64,000 nucleotides of DNA. Source: Hydrurus foetidus (lineage: Eukaryota). Under the pieces are notes generated by a model. That model did not search any database. It had not been told where the DNA came from and saw only the letters and a list, made by a program, of their open reading frames with translations. Shown piece after piece: positions 33,901-48,166 of this stretch (its first letter is position 1; each line of letters opens with the position of its first letter). The stretch covers positions 1-64,000 of the forward strand of contig UYFQ01000829.1 of the NCBI GenBank assembly GCA_900617105.1, in the 5' to 3' direction. Both the position numbers and the translations under genes were made by a program.

Positions 33901-36900
33901 TGATTTATGCCATCCTTGTGATTGATAAGGAGAGATTTCTACTATTTCTTGAGATCCTCTCTGTGCCAGCATCAGCGATTCTTCGAGACAATTTACGATG
34001 CAATATCTACAGCAAGTAATACGTGCGTTAGTGACATAGTGTACTGGAGAGTGAGGATAAAGATGACAATTATATGATGATCAAAATGATAATGAATTAC
34101 CCCTGCGATTGTAACAGAAGCAGAAGCAACAGCAATCATGTAAACACAAGAAGAGAAGAGAAGAGAACATCATCGCGCCCCTCACCAGCAAAAATAAGAC
34201 ACAACAAATAAAACAAACAAGCAAACAAACACGCACTCACACGCACGCACACTTACAAACACACTCACACTCAATTCTGCTCTGCAGTCTCATTTACCTG
34301 GAAGTGATGGTGAGCATTTGAGTGAAGCTAAACAGTCCCGGCATATGACAGATGGAATAGGAGAGTTGATAAGCCTTCATTGTAACCCAGTCAACCACTT
34401 CGAAGGACCCTGTGTGGGGGCTAGTGGTCATGTCTATGTTGAACTCATCACTCCACACCTCGCCTGACAGCAATCCAACAGACACATTGTCGTCCACAGC
34501 GTGATAGAGTGTCACACCACTCCCCCCTTCTATCCAGTTCAAACTTGCACGTGTACGGTCATACGTGCTATTGTACGTTACTTCCTCGTACAACTTCTTT
34601 AGATGTATATTTTTGTCGTTTGAAAGTGTTACAGTCATGTTCTCCTTCGTAGCGTCCGGATTAATGGGTTGTGTGTGGCGAATCAGAGGGGGGACTATTG
34701 ATGGTGACGTGGCGGACAATTGCTCTTCTGTAGGGGCAGGGATAACGAACACACAGTACATAGACTGAGTGTCCTTACTCCAACTACCCCTCAGCTGCAC
34801 GCACGCCCCCTTCTCGTAGTACTTACCGTATATACCGTAGAACATCTCCTGAAGTATGCCGGATTGAGCAGACCGTGCAACGGCTTGATCCCGTACTTTC
34901 CGGTATTCCTCTTCAAGCACCCATTTGGGTGGGGACTTTATAGTTCGCATGTCAATGAGCACTAGAACAATGCTGGGACGGGTGACAGTGAACTTTATGT
35001 GCACCTTAGATCGAGTCATTCTGTCGTCATAGGCTGTACGTACGCACTGGTGTCCGTTCAAATAAGGAGGGAGATGGGTCCATCTGAACTCTCTGTCACT
35101 GTACACCCTATCCCCCACCCACGCCCTCACTACACTGTACTGCCTTGCAGAGTGCACTGTGAATTCTCTGATGCAATTCACACCTATTTTCCTCTCCTTG
35201 TCCCCCTCCCCTTCTTCAATCCCATGTCCCTCCCCTTCTCCCTCTTCGTCTCCGTCAAGAGAGCAAACAGAGATGGAGTCGCTTGAGCACACACTGCCGT
35301 CATCGCTATCCATGCGGTCTGCACAACTTTGATGCAACTTGTCTTCACCTCCACCTGCACCGTCCTTGCCAATGCTACACTTTCTATCATTTACGACTTC
35401 AGTACCAGTAAGAGAAACACCGATAATTCCCGATTCGGTATTAGATTCATATATTTCTTCGGATGAGAGAATAGCAGGGACCGGACCAGTGCTGGGGAGG
35501 GCGGAGTTTTTGCCGCATTTAGCCGTAAGTCTCCCTGCAGCTCTTACAGCTGCCCTTCTTTTTTTCTTCTCTACATTCGAAACTTTCGGTTTACCGGCAG
35601 CGGGAAATGTACTGTCTGATTGAGTGGAGAGACAAGTGGTTGTGCGTGTGAGCTCCTCTTTATTTCCTTGCCCTCTGCCGGTCCAGAGTAGTACCCCTAG
35701 CCCTCCTGTCCTATCTAACAGCACTCCTTTGCTGCACACACACACTTCAACAGTACCAGTCGCACTGTCCGTCTTAACAAGCATTGTCAGTATAACTGCC
35801 ACATTCCCCGCTACGTCCAATATCGTAACTGCAGTGGGGTCGGGGTTTAACGGGTCAATTTTCTGTTGTGCACTCCATTGATTGTTTCCTAATCGAAATG
35901 AAATCTTTGGCAAGAATGACAGGCTGATATTGGTGAGTTTGCAAGTCGCTCCTGCGAGGAGATATCCTCCGTCTCTGTTGATGTCAGTGGAGTTGCATGT
36001 GTACTGTATGTGACAGGGCAACCTGTTGGCTATTGTGACGAATGGCACGATTGATATCTGCAGTGATATGCTCTTTTGCACGCCAATTATTCTCATGCAT
36101 ACGGGACTGGTCTCTTCTCTGTACCCCCCAATTCCACTCCCACCCCCGTCACTATCACCACCATCACCATCACCACCACCACCACCACTATTGCCGCTGC
36201 TGCTGTCAGCACTGTCGGAAGTATCGGGTGTATCGGCAGTCAGACCCTCGCAATGCACATCACGCGTCGTACTGACATCATGTGTGTGCATACAACACGG
36301 CACACTCTGACTCCAATTAAACGGAAAACTTGTCGGTTTCATTCTTATCAGAGACGCACTTGCTTGTAGGAGTGGAATGTGGAAGGTCTGGTTCTCCTCT
36401 ATAGGGCCGAATTCAATAGTCCCGGTCCAAGCTGACCCCTCTAACGCTATCATGACAGAGAAGGGCATATTGTTTAAGACCATTAATCCGGACCTGATAT
36501 CCACTTTTCTAGTGCCGCTTTGAAGGATTTGTACGTCCCAGAATACCGTAAGTGGCCGGTATCTCTCGTCTATACTGCTGGCGATAGGCACTCTAGTCCT
36601 GTGCCATCTCCTCCTTCTCACACAGTCCATAGCGCGACTCACCCTCCTCTTACTGGCAATTGAGAACCCTGCAAAGCTTGCTGCATATTCCCATCCGTCA
36701 CTGTCGATTTCATCACCGTTTATTGTGGAATCTAGGTCTACGGTCCACTGGTCCAGCCACTCCCACTTATCGCTCAGCAGTTCAACCGTGTGAATGTCTT
36801 TGTCTCTACTGCCTATGCAGGAAGCATCCGTCCAAGTAAAGGGATCACCCGGTAGGTACGGCTGTCTCCATCTGCAGTTAATGGTGAGAAATACGGAGGT

Positions 36901-37067
36901 GCGATTACTCGGTTGATGTGTGTATGTGATAGACAGATGGGAGATTGAAAATCGGTGACGTGTGCGAAATTGTAACCGTACGAAAGACCAAGACCATACT
37001 ACCGCTTCACGAATTGCATTTTCATACGCACATACAGACACGCACACATGCACACAGATACGCAGAC

Positions 37068-37128
<61 letters not shown>

Positions 37129-40100
37129 AACAAACAGGCAGACAAACAAACAAACAAACAAACAAACAAACAAACAAATAAATTGAGCTACTAACCTGCC
37201 CATAATGGGATCATATCGAGCACTCTCGTATACCTCCTCCACTATCGGTTCATACACAATTGGCAAGGAGACTAATTGTTGACCCCCATCGGAACTGGTT
37301 TCACCCCCCGGAAAATCCCTCCCCCCCATAGGGACGAGTTTAGGATAAAGATTGCAAGCTCTTGGTCTGCTGATGTTAAATGGTAGATGACGTACTGGTT
37401 GTCTCTCCTCACGAAACGTTCCGAAGAAATTCAAATCAACCACAGCGGGAATGTTCCGCAAAGAAAAAGAAGAACGTGTGTGAGTTTTTGATCCAAGAAC
37501 CCGAGGCACAGGTTTTGATTGATTTCCTTTGAGGATCATTATTTGTACCCCTGTTGCACTGTCGCATATTTCGATCGGAATGTCAGTTCCTAAGAAATTG
37601 CTGATAAGAACGTCAGGCACTTCTTCTCTCTCCGTAACGTTCTGAGATCGGAACACAGAGGAATAGGCTTGAAGGAGAACGCCAAGCATAGCACCTGACA
37701 CAGACAATTGCATGGTGTGGTCTGACTTTATCTCCACGCTTGACCCGAGCACCCATAACGTCAGAGAAAGAGAAGGATGCCATCTATCCATGATTGGCTC
37801 CCACACAGATATTTTCGGATTGTAAAAATCAGCACTCATAATAACCGATCCCTCTCCTCTCGTAGTCAATTCATTTCCTTCAGCAAAGAACGTACACCCG
37901 TACAGTGTTGTACGTACTAGAGGAACGTTCTGGCCATTGTAGTCGTTTATTCCCACCAGTGAAGTAGCTCCCATATTCAGGGACATTGAAAAAGTGGGGG
38001 AAGGCCCTGGGGTATCCTCACCTGATGAGATTTTACCCCCAGGGTTCTGGGTATTTTCCGATGTTGAGGATTCCTTTTTCACAGTAGTGTCAGTAGCTTG
38101 TATGGGTGTTGATGTGGTGGGTGTAGGGGGTGGTTCTATGAGAGACCGTCTGGTCAGGATAGACTCAGCTAACATCATATCGCTGATGGAAACTCTGGCA
38201 TCAATCCTGTCCAAATCAATAGACATTATAGAGGACAGTACAATAGAATTCATGGACCTTCTTCTCAGATTAAATTCCATCCCCATAGGGTCGATAATGG
38301 GTTGGGGATACCAAGCTGCCATACTGCGTAGAACGAACACTTCTTGATTGTGTACGGACACATGCAGTGACTCTCTTAACTCTCTATTCTGAGCTTTTGT
38401 AAGAACACTGATACCAGGATACCATCTATTTTCTCTACTGTAGTGCACTTGTATGCTGCAAGACCCCACTATTGCCTTGGACTCGTCAGTAGTAGGATCT
38501 TCAAGGAATATTATACGGGGATGGGCAACATTGACTATCACACTCATGGTAGTGGAGGATGTATACGGAACAGGATCAGAGGATGTGTGTGCGGTGTTCA
38601 CCGGTGTGGTGCACTGGTCATAGGCATACGTAGCGAGGGCAGGTGAGTTGTGTTTGCCCTGGGGGGAGGGAAGGGGTACTTCAGAGGGGAGAGGAGCTAG
38701 CTTATAGGCAGTGTCGACATCATAGTTGTCATCGATGTTGTTGATGTTGTTCACAGAGTCATTGTTTCTGGTACTACTTTCCTGAACAGTAGATGTACGG
38801 TATAATTGGCCGGATATCTTCTCAACATTACTCACCACTCCCCCTTCTACTATCTCTTCACCCTTTACCACCTCTTTGTTTTCCTTCACATCCTGACGTA
38901 AGGCAATCGGCACGTCATGACTCTTCTCAGCGATGATGTCAGATGTCTCAGGGCATGCACTGTCTGAGCCACACACACTGTCAGTATCCGGTCCATCCGG
39001 TTGCGCAGGAGGAGAAGCGATGAGATCCAGCACGGCAAAAGCATTGTCCATAGCCACATAGCTCAGGTCCAGTATCGTGTCAATAGACACAAAGGAGGTC
39101 ACGTTGAGAACAGTCACATCCACCGTACTGATATTCGAACTCGTCTGTGCGTACGTTACATGCAGTAGATCAGGAGGCGTTTCATTGGATGAATTTTTCC
39201 TCTCTGCCTCTACATCTTCCTCCACTACCTCTTTCTCTTTCTCGCGCTGTGCATCACCCACAGATTGAGAAACTGCATCAACCGATCTGCGCCAACCCGC
39301 AACGCTAGCATTCATGTCAACTACAGGACAGAACACTTTCTTGAAGACATAATCAGCACTGGCAACACGCGCATCAATTATATCCAATGACCTCAACTTG
39401 ACATCTGCCCTCACTAACTGCAGAATGTCTATGTCGGCACGTAGATCCAAGATCTGCAAAGTGAACGCACTTGCTAAGGGTGCGCCTTCTGTGTCCAGTG
39501 TTGAAGTACGTAAGAGGTCAAGAGTGACGTTGCTGACCGTGATGGCGATGTGCATTCCGATCAACTCCTGTAGGCAGCTGTCGGCTTCTTGAGGGTCAAG
39601 GGTTCGAGATGTCAGCGAGTCGGTGCTTTGATTTTGAAGATGTGCGTGTGTGTGTTCCTCTTTCTTCTCCTTCTCCTCTCCTCCTTCTCCTTCTGTGACT
39701 TTATTTTTGTGTCTGTGTGCATTCCTTCTTGTTTTGTGCGTGTTGGTAGTGGGGAGAGAGATGAGGGTGTCTTGAAAGGAGTGTCTGGATATTCCGTTGA
39801 TAAATGGGTGGATAAAGGGGTCGGAATCTGGTCAGGGGTCTGGTCCAAGGTCTGGACAGGGTTTGGGGTCGAAGTCTTTTTCGTGAGAAGTACAACCAAG
39901 AACGGACGTAGATGCATAATAGTGTTAACATCAAAATTAAGTCCGAGAGTAGCGAACTCGACAACGACTTCAGTCGCGTGTCTTTTGTAGAAGGGGGACA
40001 GACGGCTGGACATATTAGTGTACGAAATGTGGATCAGACTTTTCTCTCCTCGGGGTGTGCGTGCCAAGTCCCGCTGAGCATCCGATCTCAGGGAGTCTTG

Positions 40101-43100
40101 GATTGACAACTCGTTGAGGTCGAAAAATATCTGAAGGTGTTTAGTGAGAGATGGAGAGGAAGGAGGGAGGGAGGGAGGAAGGAAGAAAGGAAGGAGGAAG
40201 AAGGAAGGAGGGAGGGAGGGAGGAAGGAGGAGGAAGGAGGGAGGAAGGGAGGAGGGAGGAAGGAGGGAGGAAGGGAGGGGGGTGGAAGGAAGGAAGGAAG
40301 GAAGGAAGGAAGGAAGGAAGGAAGGAAGGAAGGAAGGAAGGAAGGAAGGAAGGAAGGAAGGAAGGAAGGAAGGAAGGAAGGAAGGAAGGAAGGAATGGAG
40401 GGAGTGGGTGAGTGTGAGGGAGATGATATGATGCGTCACGATGTCTTAGACATGACTACATGATGGAGTATAGAGGAGTATAGAGGGATTATTAGGCGCG
40501 TAAATAGAGAATATTGATGCTGATAGTTTTGTATTGCAAGCACTGATAAGGTACAAAATGACCGCATGCGGTGCCGTTTTACACTACACCATATATTGTC
40601 TAGCACTTCACAAGTAGCCGCATACATCATCCCAAGCGTGACACTGATGTCCAATGTTAAGAGTTATGAGACAATACCATCACCCGCCACTCAGTAAAGC
40701 ACAGCACAGTATTTTTTCAAATTGAGGTGATGGATTCTCAAGTTCAAATGTCAAATCTGATAAAGTACTCCAAGATATAAAAATCGAAATCTCATCTCAA
40801 TGTTACTGACCTGCATATCGTAAGGTCGGAATAAAATCTTCATCTCAAGCATACGTAAAGCAAGCACTAAATGTCTTCCCTTGGGCACATCATACGTCAG
40901 GTCCAATGCAACTTCGCTAATTTTCAAATTTATCACCATACTTATAAGTGCTGGATCTTGGACCTCAACCACGGAATCTGCATCTAGATCTCCCTCGGGA
41001 GAAGGAAAGCCCGAGCCGGTATTAGCTAATATGGCCCCTAAGTTGTCGGATATTGAGAGATCGAGATCATCGTCCTCTACTTCCCTTCTTCTCATCCCCC
41101 CCTCTTCTGTCTCCTTTCTTGTTCTCATCCCTTTGGGTATGTGGCCGTACAAGAGTCCGATACGGTCAGGGGGGGACTCAGGAGGGGTCCCGTAAATATC
41201 CCCGTCCCCGTCTTTTTCTAAATCCTCGTCAGGGACTCTATCTAATACCGCACTGTCAATGCGTGGTGTGTTGAAATAGTTATCTCTTCCTCCTCCTATT
41301 TCTTTCCCTCCTTCTCTGTCCCTTTCTCTCTCCATGTCCTTCTCCATTTCTCTCTCTATCTCTTCCCTAGTATGGGTGCTAACTTCAGAGGGGGTCAGGG
41401 TCGGGACAATTCTTGGGGTCCGTGTGTAGGTCGGAACTGAAACGGGTGAGGGGGGTAGCATAGCCCGATCTGCAGCAGCGACGGAATTGAGGCAACTGTG
41501 CCTTGAGAACGTTTCACTGATGATGGGCATCATTTGAAGCAGTCTGGCGAGCTTCGAAGTGTCCAGTTCTCCCCTCACTTCTGGACTGACTTGCACGTCC
41601 ACTGTCATGTCTGCCGATGAAGTGTCTGTCGTCTGCACCTTAGCCGTGATGTCGAAGGGCTGCGATAGATGTTGAATTGCAATATTTAGACTCAAGATGT
41701 GTATTCAATGCATTTGACACGAGGTGAGATATTGATGACTCAATTGACGAGACATACAAAGTTGTTGCATGTGAATGGATGAGTCCGCTGAGTAGGCCAA
41801 CAGGCACACAACTCAAAATAAACGCTAAAAACACTAACACACACATTCATTTCACTTTTAAAAAATGCAAGATGCGCTGAACGTCGTCATCATCATCAAC
41901 ATCGTCACTAAATCAAACAGAATAAATAAATAAAATGAGAATGAAACACTAATACCTTGATCAAATACAAAGAAGATTCTTTAAAGCCGTACATGCCCTG
42001 TACGGTACGTGGCATGAAAGCGTTCACATCCCTGAGGGTCACATCCCACGTCATACCCAAAGGGCCGAAAAATCCCTGTTGAAGATGGTATTTAGTAGCA
42101 CATTCAGGTATTGTGACTGATAAGGATCGCATTTGCTTTAGGAGCCGGGTTGAGATTATTCATATATAGTAACCTCGATTTTATATGATTAGGGAAAAAG
42201 CAGGTGCCTCTGTTCCGCAATAGCGAGGAAATGCATTGTGGTGTAGTGCAGTGTGATGTGGTGCATTGTAGTGCAGTGTAGTGTCTTGTAGTGTGGTGCT
42301 GTGCAGTGGTGGAGTGGTGTGTAGTGTAGTGCAAGTGTGTAGTGCAGTGTAGTGTGATGTGATGTGGTGCAGCATAGTACGGTGCAGTGCAGTGTAGTGT
42401 GTCGTTGTGTGACATGGTGTGGTATGGTGCAGTGTGATAAAGTATGATGCAGTACAGTGTGTTGTGGTGTGTGACAATGATATCACATAGAGCTAGACAC
42501 AAGATGCGTTTTACGAGTACTACCGCGGATCAAATAATATAGCGGATGATACGATGCATATGCGATGAGAAGAGTATCCTGGAGGAGTAATGATAGCACA
42601 CGTACATACTTACCCGCACTGCCAGATATCCGGAATCTAGTAGGAGGCACCCACGGTCCGATGAGTCGTCATGCGGGATGATAATGTTGGGTGCTTGGAC
42701 GTCAAACACGATTTCAAACCCTCCGTCCTGCATGCTTTGCTGAGCAGTGGGAGTGTTGTTCACATCGCCCACACCCTCTCTGACTCCTTCTATCACTCTC
42801 ACACCTGTTACCGCATCTGTGTCTGTATTTTTCTCTTCTTTCTCACTCTCTTTTCTGTCCCTACTCTCTCTCGTTTTTCTTTTCTTTATTCCGCCTACCG
42901 TCTCTTCTTCATCACCATCCACCACACTACCTCTTCTACTCTCTTTCACAACACCCTCACCATCGCCTTCATCATAATCGTCAACTACTCGAAATTTAAA
43001 ATCAATTTCATCCGATCCCGACTGGGAACCTTCTATGAAAAATTGAGAAGACTTTCTTCTTAATTCCTTAGGAAACATTTTTTTCTTGGGAGAAAAAGAA

Positions 43101-45508
43101 TTCGGAACAGATTGAAATCCTTTTGAGAATTTCTTAGAATCTGTTTTTGTAGTTGAAGTTGAACTTGGTGTTGAAGTTGGTGTTGAAGAAGAGGCAGGAG
43201 CGAGGAACATTCCTATGAGTTGCTGTACGCATAATTTATTTACGGCTATTTCTAGCGGTAATGCGGACAGTTTTACGGCCGTTTTTCCGTTCAGATTTTC
43301 GTATGTAATGGACATAGTTGGATTTGTGTCGTGCTTTACTGAGGCGGTTACGTCATCAAGATGTGTACCTACCGCCTTGCGTACGTCACCAAGATAAGCG
43401 CCGTTATCACTTGTACTAGCAATTTTAGTGGGACTGACAATTGCAGTGTTACTGATGTTTACATTTATTTTCTTCTTTTCTTGACATTTATCAGAATCAT
43501 TATCGCCCTCTAATTCATTTTCTTTTTCGCTGTCATTTTTACTTTCTGTGTTTGCGATGAAACTAGAACGAGTACTCGCATTTGTCTTAACAGAAATAAT
43601 ATTTTTCAAAGAGGGATTAGGAGAGATATTGTCGACTATGAGGAGGTCTCCCATACGCACTGTAGCGGTCACACCCCACGTGCTGACGTCAGCCAGAAGA
43701 GTCAGAGTCATTGTAGCTGAAGCAACTGACGCACCTGCTATCAACACTTCAAGGGAAGAGCTTGTGGTGAGTGAGAGGCGAAAAAGAGAGGCACTCTTGT
43801 CACCACTCATGACTTCATCTTTCTCTTCTAGAGATGATATTATACTGGCGATTGAGACATCTCCTTTCAGATCGTCTCCATCTCCATCTCCTTCTTCTCC
43901 CTCTCTTTCTTCTTCACCTGCAACCTCACCTCTACCTCCCCCAACCTCTGCCACACCATCCAACACAGCACCACTACCCCCAACACTATTTCTCCTCTTC
44001 TTCCCATTCGCTGCCGTTTTAGATTCCAGACCAACTGCCCATCCGATCCAAGTTCTCTGACCAGAATTATCCAAAGGGACATTTTTAGCAATTTCCCCCT
44101 GAATTTTAGAAAGTTCCTCACGTTCTTTCCTAAGATTTATTCTGCGACAGTCATTGTGCAACTCTTTAGCAGCAGCGTGCCGGAATATAACCAATGCTCT
44201 TAAGGGCATTCTTACTTCCATTTCTTGAGATTCTTTTTTCTCAGATGGTGTGCGTATGTCCATTAGTCCTGTCTCACCCGATATCGTTTTGCTCAGTTTG
44301 ACTAGTTTTATGTATCGCCCCCTCTTGATTATCATTTTGCATGCGTACTTCCACCACGCTCTGGCATTCTGAGGAGTGTTCGGACGGACGTACGGTCTGT
44401 ACATGTGCGGCTGTCTTTTTCTCTCCGTCACTCCTATCATCTCCATAGTACGTAATAACTGCAGATACTGAACTCTGTCGATTCTCATAGGAAGATTTGT
44501 GCTCTCAACAACCATGTCGAACTTAGGAATGTTCTCCGCAGTTCTTTCATTGTGAGTGAGACGAATTATCAAGTTGTTGGCGGGGTGAAGAATATACATC
44601 ATTTCGCCAAATAAAGAATTGTCTGCACCGCTAAGACCAGGATAGACATATTCCTGCATCTTAGCAGACCAGCTGGTGAAAGTCTCATTGCTTAGAATAA
44701 CAGATTTTGTCATCCAATAAAATCCGAAGTTGGACACATTTGCCATTTTTCGAATCGATGATGAGGGCTTATTAATATCCCTTGCCACAAATTTCTCGCG
44801 CCATTTTTCGTCGCAAGTAGCAAGAGTGAAGGAATTCAAGGTAATTCCCGCAGAAAATGGCGTACCAGGTATAGTCTGCGAGTCCTCGTATCGAAGATGA
44901 ACATTCCTCAAAGTTATCTCAATGTTATCAATTATCTTCGAAGTCCACTGCTGCATGTACGTTGCTCGAGCTATCGGGGTGGTCGCAGGAGGAGTCTGTC
45001 CTCTCGTAGTAGAGCCTTCAATATGATGAGGTTCAGAGACAATCGTATCTCCAGAAGGTCCCCAAGAGGAGAAATCAATGAACCGATCAACCATCCTCAA
45101 TTTCTGCATTTTCGCTGCAATTACTCTCTTTTTGGTCTCCTCCTTGTCAAGCGCAGCTAGATTCAGCGGACCAACTTGTAGATTAACTCCATCAATGATG
45201 ACCTTCACAGGACTATTGAGCAAAGCTGTCCACGGAATAGTGATATCGAGCGTCTTAATCTCTCCATGCAAAATCGATATATCGAAATTCCGTAGCAACT
45301 TGTGCGTTTTCAGCTGCATACAGAAGTTTAAATGAATATGAATAAAGCTCTTTGCTTTCAGGAAACATGAGCAGTTGAATACCTTTAAATCCTTAAGTGC
45401 TATATGACCACTCCAGACAGCCAAACTGAGATCCAAGTTATCTTCATTTAGCTCAATAAACTCGCCTAAAACTTTCACAAGCACATCGAGCAGTAGCCTC
45501 TTCGCCAT
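27938..45508 (-). CDS. VPS13: VPS13-family lipid transfer protein, multi-exon
   Basis: Chorein-N (LGEFIE...VWSGHIALKDL...IPWTALLNSPVKVIIDGV; IIDNIEITLRNVHLRYED). WEPIMDRW. VAB/SHR-BD-like repeats. DLQVDN. ATG2_C-like region (IGSPMGFARKVGSGVKSFFYEPYQG, GLVTKPFE). Many GT-AG introns with simple repeats. Apparent frameshift near 39675. Confidence 0.93.
28394..28557. mobile_element. Foldback/MITE-like long inverted repeat in a VPS13 intron
   Basis: About 80-bp arms AGGCTCCTC...TTTAATCTGGACCCACC...AAACTGTAC and GTACAGTTT...GGTGGGTCCAGATTAAA...GAGGAGCCT with a short loop; no clean TSD. Confidence 0.7.
37062..37177. repeat. (CAGA)n(CAAA)n microsatellite in a VPS13 intron
   Basis: Directly visible. 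Confidence 0.95.
40150..40402. repeat. (GGAA)n / GA-rich microsatellite in a VPS13 intron
   Basis: Directly visible. Confidence 0.95.
42235..42472. repeat. Degenerate pentanucleotide (GTGYA-type) repeat in a VPS13 intron; similar tracts at 29880-29975 and 31815-31905
   Basis: Directly visible. Confidence 0.85.
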
Positions 45509-45824
45509 GGCGGCTGCGGATGGCTTCCAGATAAAGTCCTTTTCAACGTATGACTTTGATGTGGGCTGAGATGCGAATGCAGGTATATCGGCAGAGTCTT
45601 CTAATATTGCGAGCTGCGATGCTGAGTGTAACGTACAGGGGTGCCAGCTTGTGTACTAGCTGTCTGTCTACCCGGATACTAGACTCGGACCCCGGACCCA
45701 ACCAACGCTCGTTGAAATAAATTCTAACATGGACTCAACCGTTTGGACTAGGTATACGTACATAGTCATTGTGTGTCGCAAATATTTGGGTAGTATGAAT
45801 AGTCCCCTCGAAAGGTGATCAATG

Positions 45825-46210
45825 ACGTAAATATGCCACTTATTACCCTGAAAGCTTTGGTCGTTTCACAGAAATTAGATCCCTCTCTTCCCAAACGGTC
45901 TACAATCCAGCAGCTTTCTCTGCGAAGTAGAGTAATCGCACAAAAAAATCCGTTTCTCAGGAATGAGATCCCTTTCTTCCCAAATGTGTCAATCCGAAGC
46001 GAAATCAACAAAATTGAGGTCATCTATCACGTAAATATGCCACTAATTACCCTGGAAGCTTTGGTCTCGTCCCGACGATGATGCTGTAAGCGTTTACCTT
46101 CCCAATTATGTAAATTATTCAGAAACAAAATCCCTGGCTTCCCAGCCAATCCCCGGCTTTCCAGGAGCCGATCCCAGGCTTCCCAGGAAAAAATCCCTGT
46201 CTTCCCAGAA
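45825..46210. repeat. Repeat-rich segment, probably a TE remnant
   Basis: ACGTAAATATGCCACT.ATTACCCTG.AAGCTTTGGTC at about 45826 and 46029; ATCCC.GGCTTCCCAG repeated four times at about 46128-46208. Confidence 0.6.
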
Positions 46211-48166
46211 AAAAAAACCGACTAAAAAAAAAACGTCATCTTTAATTTTTAAAAAGCAGGAGCGCGATCCGGATAAGTGACAAAATGATCAAATTTCAAA
46301 AAAAAATCAATAAAAATCGGTAGACTCTCCCTTTGTACTCTGTACAAACGGTTGAGAATAAAACGGTCTTTTGGATTTGGGCGATAGATGGACGAATTAA
46401 CGAAAGGAGGAAAGGACGGATCGATCTGAGATGCCTGGTTTTGTGTTTGGTGTGTTGTGTGAAACCCGCCCCTTTGGCTCTCTTGACCAGGCTTGACCAA
46501 TACTTAATTGTCCATATAATGTTGACCGAAAATTGCGAGACATTCATTGATGACATTAGTTCCCTGACGGAGTTCATTAATCATTAATGAGGCATTATAA
46601 TGTACACAATTAATTGTTACAGTACAGTACTACAATACAATGAAATACTACATTGTAATAGTAAATTGTTACAATACAGCGCTACAATACAATGAAATAC
46701 TACATTGTAATAGTAAATTGTCGCAATAAATGTGCTAAATTTCCTTGTTTACCAGAACCAACTGGTCAGACATGTCTGAAGTCTGGATCAGCATCTAAAG
46801 TCGCTTAATTGATACCGTTAATTAACACATTATAATGTATCATTATAATGACCTGAAACCAGAAACTCATTAGGCCACATTAGGCCGGTCCCTATGTACA
46901 ACGGAATTCCCCCGAACAAGAACAGGATTTGCGAAATTCTTGATTTTGATCCATGAATTCTCTCGAAATCCTGCTCCATTTTTTTTCCAGCTCGGTTGGA
47001 ACAGGAAAAATGGCCCGAAATCTCGTTCGAGACCGAGCAGGAATTGAAAAACCGTAGAGTGCCCTATTATTTGTAATTTTTTTATGCTGTGTGTGGTATT
47101 AGAGTCATTTTGTCGGACATCTCAACTCCATCGACCACATAGCTATCACTCCATATCAGCAGAGCACAACTTTACCAATTGTAGTCCAATCTTCCCGATT
47201 GTTTTTGAATCCGAAGCTGCAGTGACCATTGCTCCTGCAACCTTACCGTTGACTTTTGAATTTCTAAAACGCTTCAGGTGATTTCGAATTCCTGAAACGT
47301 TCCTGATGGCATGACTTCTGATATCCGAGCTTTTCTACACTCGATCCCATTGGAATCAAATTCTGAAAATTTGAGAGATGCTTGCAAAGAATGTGTAATC
47401 TTCGAATCTGAGATGCTCTCTAGAGCGGCACAACAATTCTGACTTTCATTTTGATTATCAGAAATGCAGGCAGTCATTTCGATTTCATCGCGAGGGAGGG
47501 GCACGTTCGCATTGAGGAAGACTATCAAAGTGCTGAAGAATACCATCTGTGATCTTAGGAGAAATCCTGTCAATCCGCATGGTTAGAATATTGAAATGTG
47601 ATTGGGAGTCTTACAAAAAGTGTTCTTGTCGCGCCATATGTGATAACAAAACGACTTCATAAAACGACTTCACAGATCGAACTATAAATTGTATAACGAA
47701 GTGTTAAACTGATTATAATGCATGTAGATTCAAATTGCATTCAAGTGCTTGCACCTTCGGAGGAAGCTGCCGTGTTGCCAGCGAATTATCTTTCCGGCGA
47801 GCAGTTATGTCATGTCAGCCGCGATGTAGCACTTGTATTGTCTTTGTTCATGGATACCCCACCCATGTATATAAACGATTTGAATGAGTATGGAGTAGGT
47901 TTTTACTTCAAATGCGTTCTCTTGGAAGATTCAAATCATCGTGAGGATGGATTTCGAATCAAAATAATTGTTCACTCAGTAAATTCCGACTCATGGACAG
48001 ATGAGATCATAGAAACTTTAAAAAACAATAAAATAAAGTACGTGAAGCATCTGAGATTTAAATGCTGATTATTTGGGCGATTTCTTTGCAGCATATTTAC
48101 AATCGTTTGTTTTTCAAATATTAAGTTGCGCCATCTAAAATACTAAAAATGAGTGTTAGGTGAATA

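Noticed and set aside
39660..39695. Frameshift between VPS13 ORFs 39612-40439 and 34294-39564, suggesting a pseudogene
   Set aside because: A single missing base in an AG-rich repeat restores KEKEEKEKEKKEE, and the rest of the gene looks intact; most likely a sequencing error
40137..40463. ORFs of (EGRK)n and similar low-complexity translations (also 36962-37186, 42104-42502)
   Set aside because: Translations of intronic microsatellites
47718..48068. 116-aa ORF inside the TTA-TSD element
   Set aside because: No recognisable domain; may be cargo but unsupported without a search
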